Shown here: positions 1-6,096 of the stretch, piece after piece
How the letters are laid out: each line of letters begins with the position of its first letter
Position numbering within the stretch: the stretch's first letter is position 1
Virus record (IMG/VR): IMGVR_UViG_3300027365_000008
Direction: 5' to 3' (one strand)
DNA: 31,172 nt
Origin: a virus
Taxonomy: Duplodnaviria > Heunggongvirae > Uroviricota > Caudoviricetes
The notes under the pieces: generated by a model
Told to the model about the DNA's origin: nothing
Databases searched by the model: none
Seen by the model: the letters and a program-made list of their open reading frames with translations, nothing else
Made by a program: the position numbers and the translations under genes

Positions 1-438
1 ATGACGTTCGAGCCACTTGCCAAACGGTTCGTATGCGCCATTGTCGTGGCGATACCTAGCAGGAACCCAACCGGCAGCCGTAATCAATTCGGCGGCGGTT
101 TCTTCCCATTGGTCACCGCCGCCATATGACGACCCGACATACTTCCCATTTTGAATGTCACCATTCAAGAACACAAACACACTATGATACGTGTTCCCGT
201 ATGACTTTTGAAACCAACGGCGTGCCTCGACGTGTATGGTAGGCTTTGAACCATCCTTGACTTTGAACTTGCCAGTGTTGAAAGCAGATTCAATGACACT
301 CGCCTTGTAATGATGGCGAGACTTAAATTCGTCATCGCTTACCAAGATGGCATCGCCGCGACCGCTGACGGATTCGACCGTCAGGATACCTTTAGCGGTT
401 TCAATTTGCATACCAGAAATAAGAATCGGCGTAGTCAT
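1..438 (-). CDS. Hypothetical phage protein, 3' end runs off the window (146 codons visible: MTTPILISGMQIETAKG...HVEARRWFQKSYGNTYHSV...)
   Basis: Manual translation from ATG at 438 is open to base 1. It has the RBS TTCAAAGGGGTAACATC-ATG. It is absent from the ORF track because no stop lies in the window. Confidence 0.8.
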   Translation of the reverse strand, partial: MTTPILISGMQIETAKGILTVESVSGRGDAILVSDDEFKSRHHYKASVIESAFNTGKFKVKDGSKPTIHVEARRWFQKSYGNTYHSVFVFLNGDIQNGKYVGSSYGGGDQWEETAAELITAAGWVPARYRHDNGAYEPFGKWLERH

Positions 439-473
439 GATGTTACCCCTTTGAATTGCGTTATAGGTCAAAC

Positions 474-514
474 CAACAATGCCCACTCATTAGAATGGGC
501 ATGAGTAAAGTTCA
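474..514 (-). repeat. 41-bp intercistronic hairpin element, copy 1
   Basis: Identical to 1266-1306. On the minus strand it forms ATGCCCATTC-TAAT-GAGTGGGCAT, a 10-bp stem with one G-U pair. Confidence 0.85.
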
Positions 515-515
515 C

Positions 516-608
516 TTAGTTTGTTGCCTGAATGAAAGCCATATAGAACAGCCCGAAAATGATAAGTCCGGGAATCAGTTCTCGGCCATACAACCACACT
601 TTACGCAT
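516..608 (-). CDS. Small 30-aa putative membrane protein MRKVWLYGRELIPGLIIFGLFYMAFIQATN
   Basis: ATG sits 1 nt after the TGA of the upstream gene and the ORF fills the gap to the 41-bp element. It has a hydrophobic core and is below the ORF-track length cutoff. Confidence 0.55.
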   Translation of the reverse strand: MRKVWLYGRELIPGLIIFGLFYMAFIQATN

Positions 609-609
609 A

Positions 610-867
610 TCACGCCACCAATGTTACAGGAACAATTGTTTGATTGCGAGTGAACGACTCACCACGATGAATTGAGTATCCAGAATAGTTACGTTTCTTA
701 CACTCTTCGACTGCCAGTATTTCTTGGCTTGTCTGAGACTCACGACCGTCGATGATACATACAGCCCGGTCGCCACATGCTTCAATAAGATTACGTTTGT
801 AACCATTCCATTCATTCGGAACAGAACGAGTATAGAATTGGATAAAGTACATATCAACTACTCTCAC
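610..867 (-). CDS. Hypothetical protein, 85 aa
   Basis: GTGA start/stop overlap with the upstream gene, and co-oriented in a compact run of small genes. Confidence 0.7.
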   Translation of the reverse strand: MRVVDMYFIQFYTRSVPNEWNGYKRNLIEACGDRAVCIIDGRESQTSQEILAVEECKKRNYSGYSIHRGESFTRNQTIVPVTLVA

Positions 868-1226
868 TCTTCAATGAACACAAAGAAAGCGTATACACTT
901 TCATAATAGTCTTCGTCACTTTCTTCCAAGTCAAGGAAAAGGCGACGTGTTCCTTTGACAGCGGGCCTGATACGATTGACGGCCGCATGGGCTTTCTTAT
1001 ACCACCGGTCGCCCGCTTCACCGGAATCGTCTTGGACGATGGGATTCGACCCGGCAACCGCACCCTGATCCAATTCAGAATGCAATTCTTCCTTGAGCGC
1101 TTTGACTGTCATGCCCCGGTATACGGGTATTTGAATATGCGGCAGATGATGCCCTGACCAAAAGGATGACAGGCACGTATCGACATGGACACATTCGAGT
1201 TTACGCGGAACTTGATACTCAGACAT
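864..1226 (-). CDS. Hypothetical protein, 120 aa (start moved to MSEYQ at 1226)
   Basis: The RBS TTCAAAGGGGTAACATC-ATG at 1226 is identical to the one before the 438 start. The longer 1307 start runs through the 41-bp element. Confidence 0.75.
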   Translation of the reverse strand: MSEYQVPRKLECVHVDTCLSSFWSGHHLPHIQIPVYRGMTVKALKEELHSELDQGAVAGSNPIVQDDSGEAGDRWYKKAHAAVNRIRPAVKGTRRLFLDLEESDEDYYESVYAFFVFIEE

Positions 1227-1265
1227 GATGTTACCCCTTTGAACTACATGGATGGACTGACACTT

Positions 1266-1306
1266 CAACAATGCCCACTCATTAGAATGGGCATGAGTAA
1301 AGTTCA
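1266..1306 (-). repeat. 41-bp intercistronic hairpin element, copy 2
   Basis: Exact copy of 474-514. It overlaps the TGA stop of the upstream gene. Confidence 0.85.
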
Positions 1307-1591
1307 TTTAACCGTCATTGCCAGTAGCGACAGGATACGAATACCAGTGAATGTCAGCGGCGCAATGAATGCCGGTTTGCCGTCTTTGGGATATACAGTG
1401 ACGAAGTGACCAACAAGATTGGTTCCTTCACACTGCAAGTCCATACCGCGTTCATGCAGCATGTCTAACCAAGTTTGTGGCAGCGCAAAATCGACCGAAT
1501 ACTCGTTTTCGGGATACAATTCCCTTGCCAACTCGCCTTTAGTCGGGCGGCGATTCAGCAAATCTTGTTCTTCCATAAACATCTTGAACAT
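1304..1591 (-). CDS. Hypothetical protein, 95 aa
   Basis: RBS CAATTCAAAGGAGAATCGTT-ATG. Confidence 0.75.
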   Translation of the reverse strand: MFKMFMEEQDLLNRRPTKGELARELYPENEYSVDFALPQTWLDMLHERGMDLQCEGTNLVGHFVTVYPKDGKPAFIAPLTFTGIRILSLLAMTVK

Positions 1592-1618
1592 AACGATTCT
1601 CCTTTGAATTGATAGGGA

Positions 1619-1834
1619 TTAACCACACCGCATATCAGATTCTTCGATGCCTACAACTTCGCAGTAAAACGATACTTTGTCGTTAAAATACTTAATGGCA
1701 TCTTTCTCGGAGTATCCAGAAAGAATTGTATGTTCGTTTGTTGTCCCCGCATCAACTCGACGAAAGATGAACGAAGTATTCACGTCGGACCAATACAATT
1801 GGAAATGCGTGACGCCATAGCGACGATTTTTCAT
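1619..1834 (-). CDS. Hypothetical protein, 71 aa, first gene after the long leader
   Basis: RBS CAATTCAAAGGGGTAATGAC-ATG. Confidence 0.75.
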   Translation of the reverse strand: MKNRRYGVTHFQLYWSDVNTSFIFRRVDAGTTNEHTILSGYSEKDAIKYFNDKVSFYCEVVGIEESDMRCG

Positions 1835-1849
1835 GTCATTACCCCTTTG

Positions 1850-2705
1850 AATTGCTTAGGAATGTTACGTAAAGCCGTAACGGCGAGCTAGACTTTCCAA
1901 AGAATGGAAAGCCCAGCCCGTTACCGCTTCATTTCCGTTTTGTGGCTACTGAGTCGCAAAGGGAGCGCCAATCCCACCGAATCCGTTTCAAATTCACCTA
2001 CAATCCCCGAGGGGTACCGCATTGCAGGTTACAGCGGCAGACGCAACGGCACGTCGATAATTGTCTGCCTGTAAGCGCCCATCCTTGGGCAAACTTCATC
2101 CTAATCGGGCAAAGCGTGGCCATACTTCGTGAACCGCGCCGCATTTGCCCATTATCTAATGAGTAACGCGGTTCACTGACCCGACAATTGCACCACCGGC
2201 ATACTCACTTTCTCCGAGGGAGTGAATATTATGGAAACCAATTATGGTCATGATGCAATCATCCGAGAAGGCCCATGCGTCGATCGGTTGGATGTTTTCG
2301 TTTCTGGTATAAAACATCCAAAAGTACCGGCTTGCTTATTTTAATTCGCGCCACACGAATACATAAGATAGTACTGCTACCAATCTAAGCATGTTTCTCG
2401 GGCAAACTATTCAGTACCGTGTTCGCACATAGACGAACAACTATTAGCCTGAAAATCCGGCACCCGCACGATGTTTACGTGCTGGCAGAAAGCACATTTG
2501 CCGATGCTTTCACTTGACACATTAATCCCTTGGGCGGTGGTCGCCTGCACCAAAAAGTATCAGCATACTTCGCACGGTCGCAGTAATACTGGTCATCCCG
2601 TTAAGATACACTTCCAGCGCACGCACCCTATCTGCGAGGGAGAGTGTGGCACCCGTTCTAAAGATGCGACAATCCTTTCCCGTTGGGCCTAATGCTTTGC
2701 CATCC
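1850..2705 (-). ncRNA. Candidate long structured leader or ncRNA (~850 nt)
   Basis: No minus-strand ORF of 60 aa or more. Dense hairpins at 1872-1929, 2029-2074, 2077-2090, 2129-2176, 2201-2229, 2288-2321, 2466-2482, 2489-2510 and 2555-2570. It lies directly downstream of the promoter array. Confidence 0.45.
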
Positions 2706-2709
2706 GATT

Positions 2710-2721
2710 TGTTAAAGAGCG
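2710..2721 (-). promoter_or_regulatory. boxA antitermination element (CGCTCTTTAACA)
   Basis: Differs from the rrn boxA TGCTCTTTAACA only at the first base, which is C as in lambdoid boxA. A hairpin TTGCTA-GACT-TAGCAA lies just before it. Confidence 0.75.
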
Positions 2722-2729
2722 TGTTGCTA

Positions 2730-2757
2730 AGTCTAGCAAATCAGATTGTGTTGTCAA
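2730..2757 (-). promoter_or_regulatory. sigma70 promoter, unit 1 downstream
   Basis: TTGACA-N16-TAGACT with TGc extended -10. Confidence 0.7.
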
Positions 2758-2800
2758 GCCAATCTTGCGCTTGTTTTCAAATCCGTTTTGCTTGATTCCA

Positions 2801-2828
2801 AGTCTATCAGGCTTTCGTGTTCTGTCAA
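2801..2828 (-). promoter_or_regulatory. sigma70 promoter, unit 1 upstream
   Basis: TTGACA-N16-TAGACT with TGa extended -10 and an A-rich UP-like tract CAAAATAAAAC. Confidence 0.7.
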
Positions 2829-2958
2829 GTTTTATTTTGAATCCCGTTTCATCTTTTGTTATGCAATGCGACCCGTTGGGCGATGCTTTCCAGATGAAAC
2901 CGATTCTCAACTTTCAGGCGCACTTGTCCCGTCGAATCAGAATCTTACTTAGCAGCGA

Positions 2959-2970
2959 TTTTAAAGAGCG
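2959..2970 (-). promoter_or_regulatory. boxA element (CGCTCTTTAAAA)
   Basis: 11/12 match to CGCTCTTTAACA, in register with 2710-2721. Confidence 0.65.
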
Positions 2971-2978
2971 TGTTGCCT

Positions 2979-3006
2979 AGTCTAGCAAATCAGATTGTGT
3001 TGTCAA
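2979..3006 (-). promoter_or_regulatory. sigma70 promoter, unit 2 downstream
   Basis: TTGACA-N16-TAGACT with TGc extended -10. Confidence 0.7.
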
Positions 3007-3049
3007 GCCAATCTTGCGCTTGTTTTCAAATCCGTTTTGCTTGTCCATC

Positions 3050-3077
3050 ATTCTAGCAGGCTTTCGTGTTCTGTCAA
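3050..3077 (-). promoter_or_regulatory. sigma70 promoter, unit 2 upstream
   Basis: TTGACA-N16-TAGAAT with TGc extended -10 and an UP-like A tract. Confidence 0.75.
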
Positions 3078-3206
3078 GTTTTATTTTGAATCCCGTTTCA
3101 TCTTTTGTTATGCAATGCGACCCGTTGGGCGATGCTTTCCAGATGAAACCGATTCTCAACTTTCAGGCGCACTTGTCCCGTGGTCGAGCGATGGGGCTGG
3201 CAACAA

Positions 3207-3218
3207 TTTTAAAGAGCG
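3207..3218 (-). promoter_or_regulatory. boxA element (CGCTCTTTAAAA)
   Basis: Retained even though the flanking sequence is not part of the duplication. A hairpin GCGCCA-CGGAT-TGGCGC lies just before it. Confidence 0.65.
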
Positions 3219-3285
3219 CGCGCCAATCCGTGGCGCTGGGACTTGCTTCCTGTCCCGCTTGCTTCGTCCTAAGCAAGTGATTTGA

Positions 3286-3313
3286 ATTATAGACTAGAAG
3301 CGGCAATGGTCAA
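3286..3313 (-). promoter_or_regulatory. sigma70 promoter
   Basis: TTGACC-N16-TATAAT with A/T tracts upstream. Confidence 0.7.
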
Positions 3314-3356
3314 GTATTCAAATTCAATTTTCCGAAAAAATTTTCAAAATAGACTG

Positions 3357-3369
3357 TAATGCATTGATT
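3357..3369 (-). promoter_or_regulatory. IHF consensus site
   Basis: AATCAA-TGCA-TTA matches WATCAANNNNTTR. Confidence 0.5.
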
Positions 3370-3493
3370 CTATTTTGATTTTCCGATTTCGTTAGGCTGC
3401 GAACCTAGCGCCTTCATTATATCCCATCCCGCACCCGCGAATATCATATCTGATTTGAAGAATCAAGAATTTTTCTTCAAATCCATGAAAAAC

Positions 3494-3522
3494 ATTCTAA
3501 ACGATTGATTTTAAAATGTAAA
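3494..3522 (-). promoter_or_regulatory. Possible sigma70 promoter with an IHF consensus (3498-3510) in its spacer
   Basis: TTTACA-N17-TAGAAT, and AATCAA-TCGT-TTA matches WATCAANNNNTTR. The AT-rich context raises the chance of a random match. Confidence 0.45.
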
Positions 3523-3528
3523 TAGTTT

Positions 3529-3583
3529 AAATGAAAATGATTCTCATTTGCTTAAATTATTTTTGATAATGATTCTCATTTAA
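3529..3583. promoter_or_regulatory. Two Fur-box-like sites
   Basis: GAAAATGATTCTCATTTGC (3533-3551) and GATAATGATTCTCATTTAA (3565-3583) each match GATAATGATAATCATTATC at 14/19. 3529-3549 is a near-perfect 10-1-10 palindrome. Confidence 0.55.
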
Positions 3584-3632
3584 AGGATATTTGGTTAATT
3601 TTTGATCAATTAGGATGCTAATTATTGCATTT

Positions 3633-3716
3633 GTCCGGGATTTTACCGTATATCCCGGACGTTTGACAGGACAAGATGACGGACAAGATACCGGACAAGA
3701 TGACGGACGGATGTAC
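3633..3716. repeat. 9-bp inverted repeat followed by 12-bp tandem repeats
   Basis: GTCCGGGAT...ATCCCGGAC at 3633-3660. In-register 12-mers GGACGTTTGACA, GGACAAGATGAC, GGACAAGATACC, GGACAAGATGAC and GGACGGATGTAC run from 3657. Confidence 0.8.
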
Positions 3717-3747
3717 AAACAAATCGGGCCACTTCAAGAGTGGCCCG
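3716..3747 (-). terminator. Intrinsic terminator after gp68
   Basis: CGGGCCACT-CTTGA-AGTGGCCCG followed by ATTTGTTT. Confidence 0.65.
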
Positions 3748-3755
3748 TGTTCATT

Positions 3756-4139
3756 TCAGATATGCATCGCTCTACGGCGTTTCATCGCTTTCTGTCGTTT
3801 TCGAATTGCTTTCTTCAAAGAGGCGGGATTCTTACGGCGGGTCCGTGCGGCTTTCTTTGCCCGACGCCTAAGTTCTGATTTACTCATACCCGTGGTACGG
3901 GTCGCTGACCGGGAACGCTGTTTTCTACTACGGGTCCGAGTCACTTTCCCTTTAGACGAAACATGCTTGGTCATGGCTTCATCCAAATGTTGCTTGAACT
4001 CTTCATCAGTCAAACCAAGTTCTTCTTTGAGTTCATCCAATTCGCTTTCATCACAACTAGCTAGGTAGAACTCATACAGATAGTCTTCTAGGGTTCCGAG
4101 TTCTTCCTGTTCGCTTTCAATCAGTTCATCAAATGTCAT
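3756..4139 (-). CDS. gp68: Prohead core protein, T4 gp68-like
   Basis: The C-terminal KHVSSKGKVTRT...TTGMSK...RRRAKKAART...NP...RKRQKAMKRRR aligns by eye with T4 gp68 as recalled (KHVSARGEITRT...TTGLSK...RKRKKALKRRK). A late promoter lies upstream. Confidence 0.8.
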   Translation of the reverse strand: MTFDELIESEQEELGTLEDYLYEFYLASCDESELDELKEELGLTDEEFKQHLDEAMTKHVSSKGKVTRTRSRKQRSRSATRTTGMSKSELRRRAKKAARTRRKNPASLKKAIRKRQKAMKRRRAMHI

Positions 4140-4163
4140 AACAGACTCCCGTTATCTTTGTTG

Positions 4164-4171
4164 TATTTATA
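4164..4171 (-). promoter_or_regulatory. T4-type late promoter TATAAATA
   Basis: Exact gp55 consensus 25 nt upstream of gp68. Confidence 0.75.
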
Positions 4172-4195
4172 AGAAAGCCCCACTTAGTGGGGCTT
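4171..4195 (-). terminator. Intrinsic terminator after dUTPase
   Basis: AAGCCCCAC-TAA-GTGGGGCTT followed by TCTTAT. Confidence 0.6.
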
Positions 4196-4201
4196 ATCGA
4201 G

Positions 4202-4966
4202 TCAGACTGTCACAACATCATAGAACTCATCAAACACATTCTGCCGCAATGTCTCAAGTGTCATGGTCGGGTCGGCAAGGAAGGCATCGACCAGCGGCTG
4301 AAGTCGCTGATTGTCTTCAACCCCGTTATCCACTTTGACATACGTTCCGTCTTTGTAACCGGACGAAGCGCGAATCTCATTCAGTTTTGATTTAGCCGCG
4401 AAGATGGCGCTCATTTCTTCACTGGTCAGACCCACAGTGCTTACCAGCCCATCGAGGATTCGAATCATCTTGTACACGTCTGTCTGGTTGGTGAGCAGGG
4501 AACGGACGTGACCGACGAACGTACAGTGGTCAAGAACATTTTCACCGCTGATCACCGGACCCGCTGAGTAGGTCGGGCCTTCGTCGGTACCAATGTAAAC
4601 AGAACTGAATTGATCGAATGAACTGGTTCCGAAGATATCAGCATCATTTGAACAGGCTTCACGCTGGGTATCCATTCCCATTTCCCAAAGAATCATACAA
4701 GACAGATAGAAGTGCATGATATCGATCACTTCGATCTTCAGGTTCCATTGGTCAAACGTCGCCGGGTCGGTGTACTTCCACCACTTATGGGATACGCCAG
4801 ACCCAAGGAACTCAGAGGCTTCGTCAATGATTTCAGTTTGGAAGTGGCAGTCAGTAAGAACACCCTTCCAGCCCTTGATGATGTATTCGTTGAGTTCGTC
4901 CTGTTTGGAAGTGAGTTGAAAGATGGAGTAGTTGCGAGATTTGAAAATAGAATCTTTAGTAGCCAT
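4202..4966 (-). CDS. dut: Dimeric all-alpha dUTPase/dCTPase (dUTPase_2 family)
   Basis: Motifs EIIDEASE, HKWWK and KIEVIDIMHF. Confidence 0.8.
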   Translation of the reverse strand: MATKDSIFKSRNYSIFQLTSKQDELNEYIIKGWKGVLTDCHFQTEIIDEASEFLGSGVSHKWWKYTDPATFDQWNLKIEVIDIMHFYLSCMILWEMGMDTQREACSNDADIFGTSSFDQFSSVYIGTDEGPTYSAGPVISGENVLDHCTFVGHVRSLLTNQTDVYKMIRILDGLVSTVGLTSEEMSAIFAAKSKLNEIRASSGYKDGTYVKVDNGVEDNQRLQPLVDAFLADPTMTLETLRQNVFDEFYDVVTV

Positions 4967-5030
4967 TGAATCCTCTTCTGAGTCTGGTGATTAAGTTGAA
5001 AGCCCTCCCATCGAGGGCTTTTGCAAAGAT

Positions 5031-5984
5031 TTAGTCAGCGACGTTGGACAGCACGTTAGCCCGCTGTTCCTTTGTCTTCAGATTAGCACGGGTCCGAGAG
5101 TATTTGCCACAATCCTGACACTGATACGTCTCGAATGCACTCACAGAAGTGTACGCGAGTTTGTCAGTCATTTCAATGTTTTTCGATGCACAGCAAGGGC
5201 ACCGCATCACACCGTTCGGGTAGTACAGAGACAGGTTCGGATGCTGTTTGTCCCACGGACGAAGTTTCATATAGACTTCTTCCAGAAGGTTTACATCCTG
5301 AATGTTATAGGAAGTCATGGTGTCCCATGCTTCGCTGTCATTCGCCATACACCGCTTCCAGAGATCGAATCCAGTGTGTTGTAGTTTCTGACCGCAACCA
5401 AGATACTGCCCCAGCGCATCGAGTGAATTGGAAGGGAAACGGAAGTTCTTCTTTGCAATCAGAAGAGTGTCCACTACCTTCATCGGGGGAAGCGGTTCCA
5501 TGCCCTGACGTACCATATAGGCTTGCACAGTGGGAAGATCGAACCGCTTGTTGTTGTGGGCCACAATGATGTCTGCCTCTTTCATCATCTCGACCAGACT
5601 CATGAGAATCTTAGAATCGTCTTCATGGTCTTTACCCGGATTCTGTTGGATCGAATCGAAAGCAACATTGTCATCACCAAGCCACTTGGCAGACCAGCAC
5701 AGCATGTATCCTTCGCGGATGACTTGGGACTGACCGATGTTTTCCTTCCAGCGCCGCCAATGGTAGGACATGGACGGGGCGGTTTCGATGTCGTAAATCA
5801 GAATCTTGGGCCGATAAACAGCATCGATGGAAGTTACATCATCAGACTTGCCTTCTCGCAGCCGGGTCAGAAAATCATTGATACCACTCTTACTAATACC
5901 AAGCACCTTGGCGATAGCACGACTGGACATGCCCTTTGATTGCATTTCAACGATAGTCTTCTTGATGGTGTCAGTGTAAATCAT
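5031..5984 (-). CDS. DnaQ/RNase_H_2-like 3'-5' exonuclease with N-terminal HTH and C-terminal Zn ribbon
   Basis: ILIYDIET (ExoI), AHN-KRFD (ExoII), YNIQDV (ExoIII), GMSSRAIAKVLGISKSGI (HTH), and CPCC...CQDC. Confidence 0.8.
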   Translation of the reverse strand: MIYTDTIKKTIVEMQSKGMSSRAIAKVLGISKSGINDFLTRLREGKSDDVTSIDAVYRPKILIYDIETAPSMSYHWRRWKENIGQSQVIREGYMLCWSAKWLGDDNVAFDSIQQNPGKDHEDDSKILMSLVEMMKEADIIVAHNNKRFDLPTVQAYMVRQGMEPLPPMKVVDTLLIAKKNFRFPSNSLDALGQYLGCGQKLQHTGFDLWKRCMANDSEAWDTMTSYNIQDVNLLEEVYMKLRPWDKQHPNLSLYYPNGVMRCPCCASKNIEMTDKLAYTSVSAFETYQCQDCGKYSRTRANLKTKEQRANVLSNVAD

Positions 5985-6096
5985 TGTGGCCTCCTTACGG
6001 CGTTCGTTTGGGTATATTTACCCGCCGCTCGGACCCTCTTTCATCGCCGATCCTTCCTGACACACGCACCGACCCATGCTTGATCTTCCAATGCTC

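Larger units (their letters stand above)
2710..3218. repeat. Tandem direct repeat with period 249/248 bp (two near-identical units plus the start of a third)
   Basis: TAAAGAGCG recurs at 2713, 2962 and 3210. About 220 bp of each unit is near-identical, with a variable ~13-nt internal patch and a variable ~28-nt linker. Confidence 0.95.

Noticed and set aside
2515-2545. Plus-strand TTGACA as a promoter
   Set aside because: No -10 element at a 16-18 bp spacing.
1942-2692. Plus-strand ORFs 1942-2166 and 2471-2692
   Set aside because: They are against the local transcription direction, lack an RBS and have atypical composition.
2933-2946. AATCAGAATCTT in the variable linker also occurs near 5796 in the exonuclease gene
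   Set aside because: A 12-nt match is expected by chance across 62 kb of both strands given many query positions.
2710-3218. CRISPR, TIGR or RT-associated guide array reading of the repeat
   Set aside because: There are only about two units, the constant part is ~220 bp, the variable patch coincides with a promoter -10 and start region, and there is no cas, Tas or RT gene in the window. The promoter/boxA explanation accounts for the conserved positions.
2689-3285. Paired ORFs on both strands in the 249-bp repeat (for example MRIGFIWKASP..., 73 and 60 aa)
   Set aside because: They have no RBS, their ends differ between copies, and they overlie promoter and boxA motifs. They are a by-product of the duplication.
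4999-5021. Hairpin AAAGCCCTC/GAGGGCTTT as a terminator between exonuclease and dUTPase
   Set aside because: The U tract in the transcribed direction is short, so it is not called with confidence.
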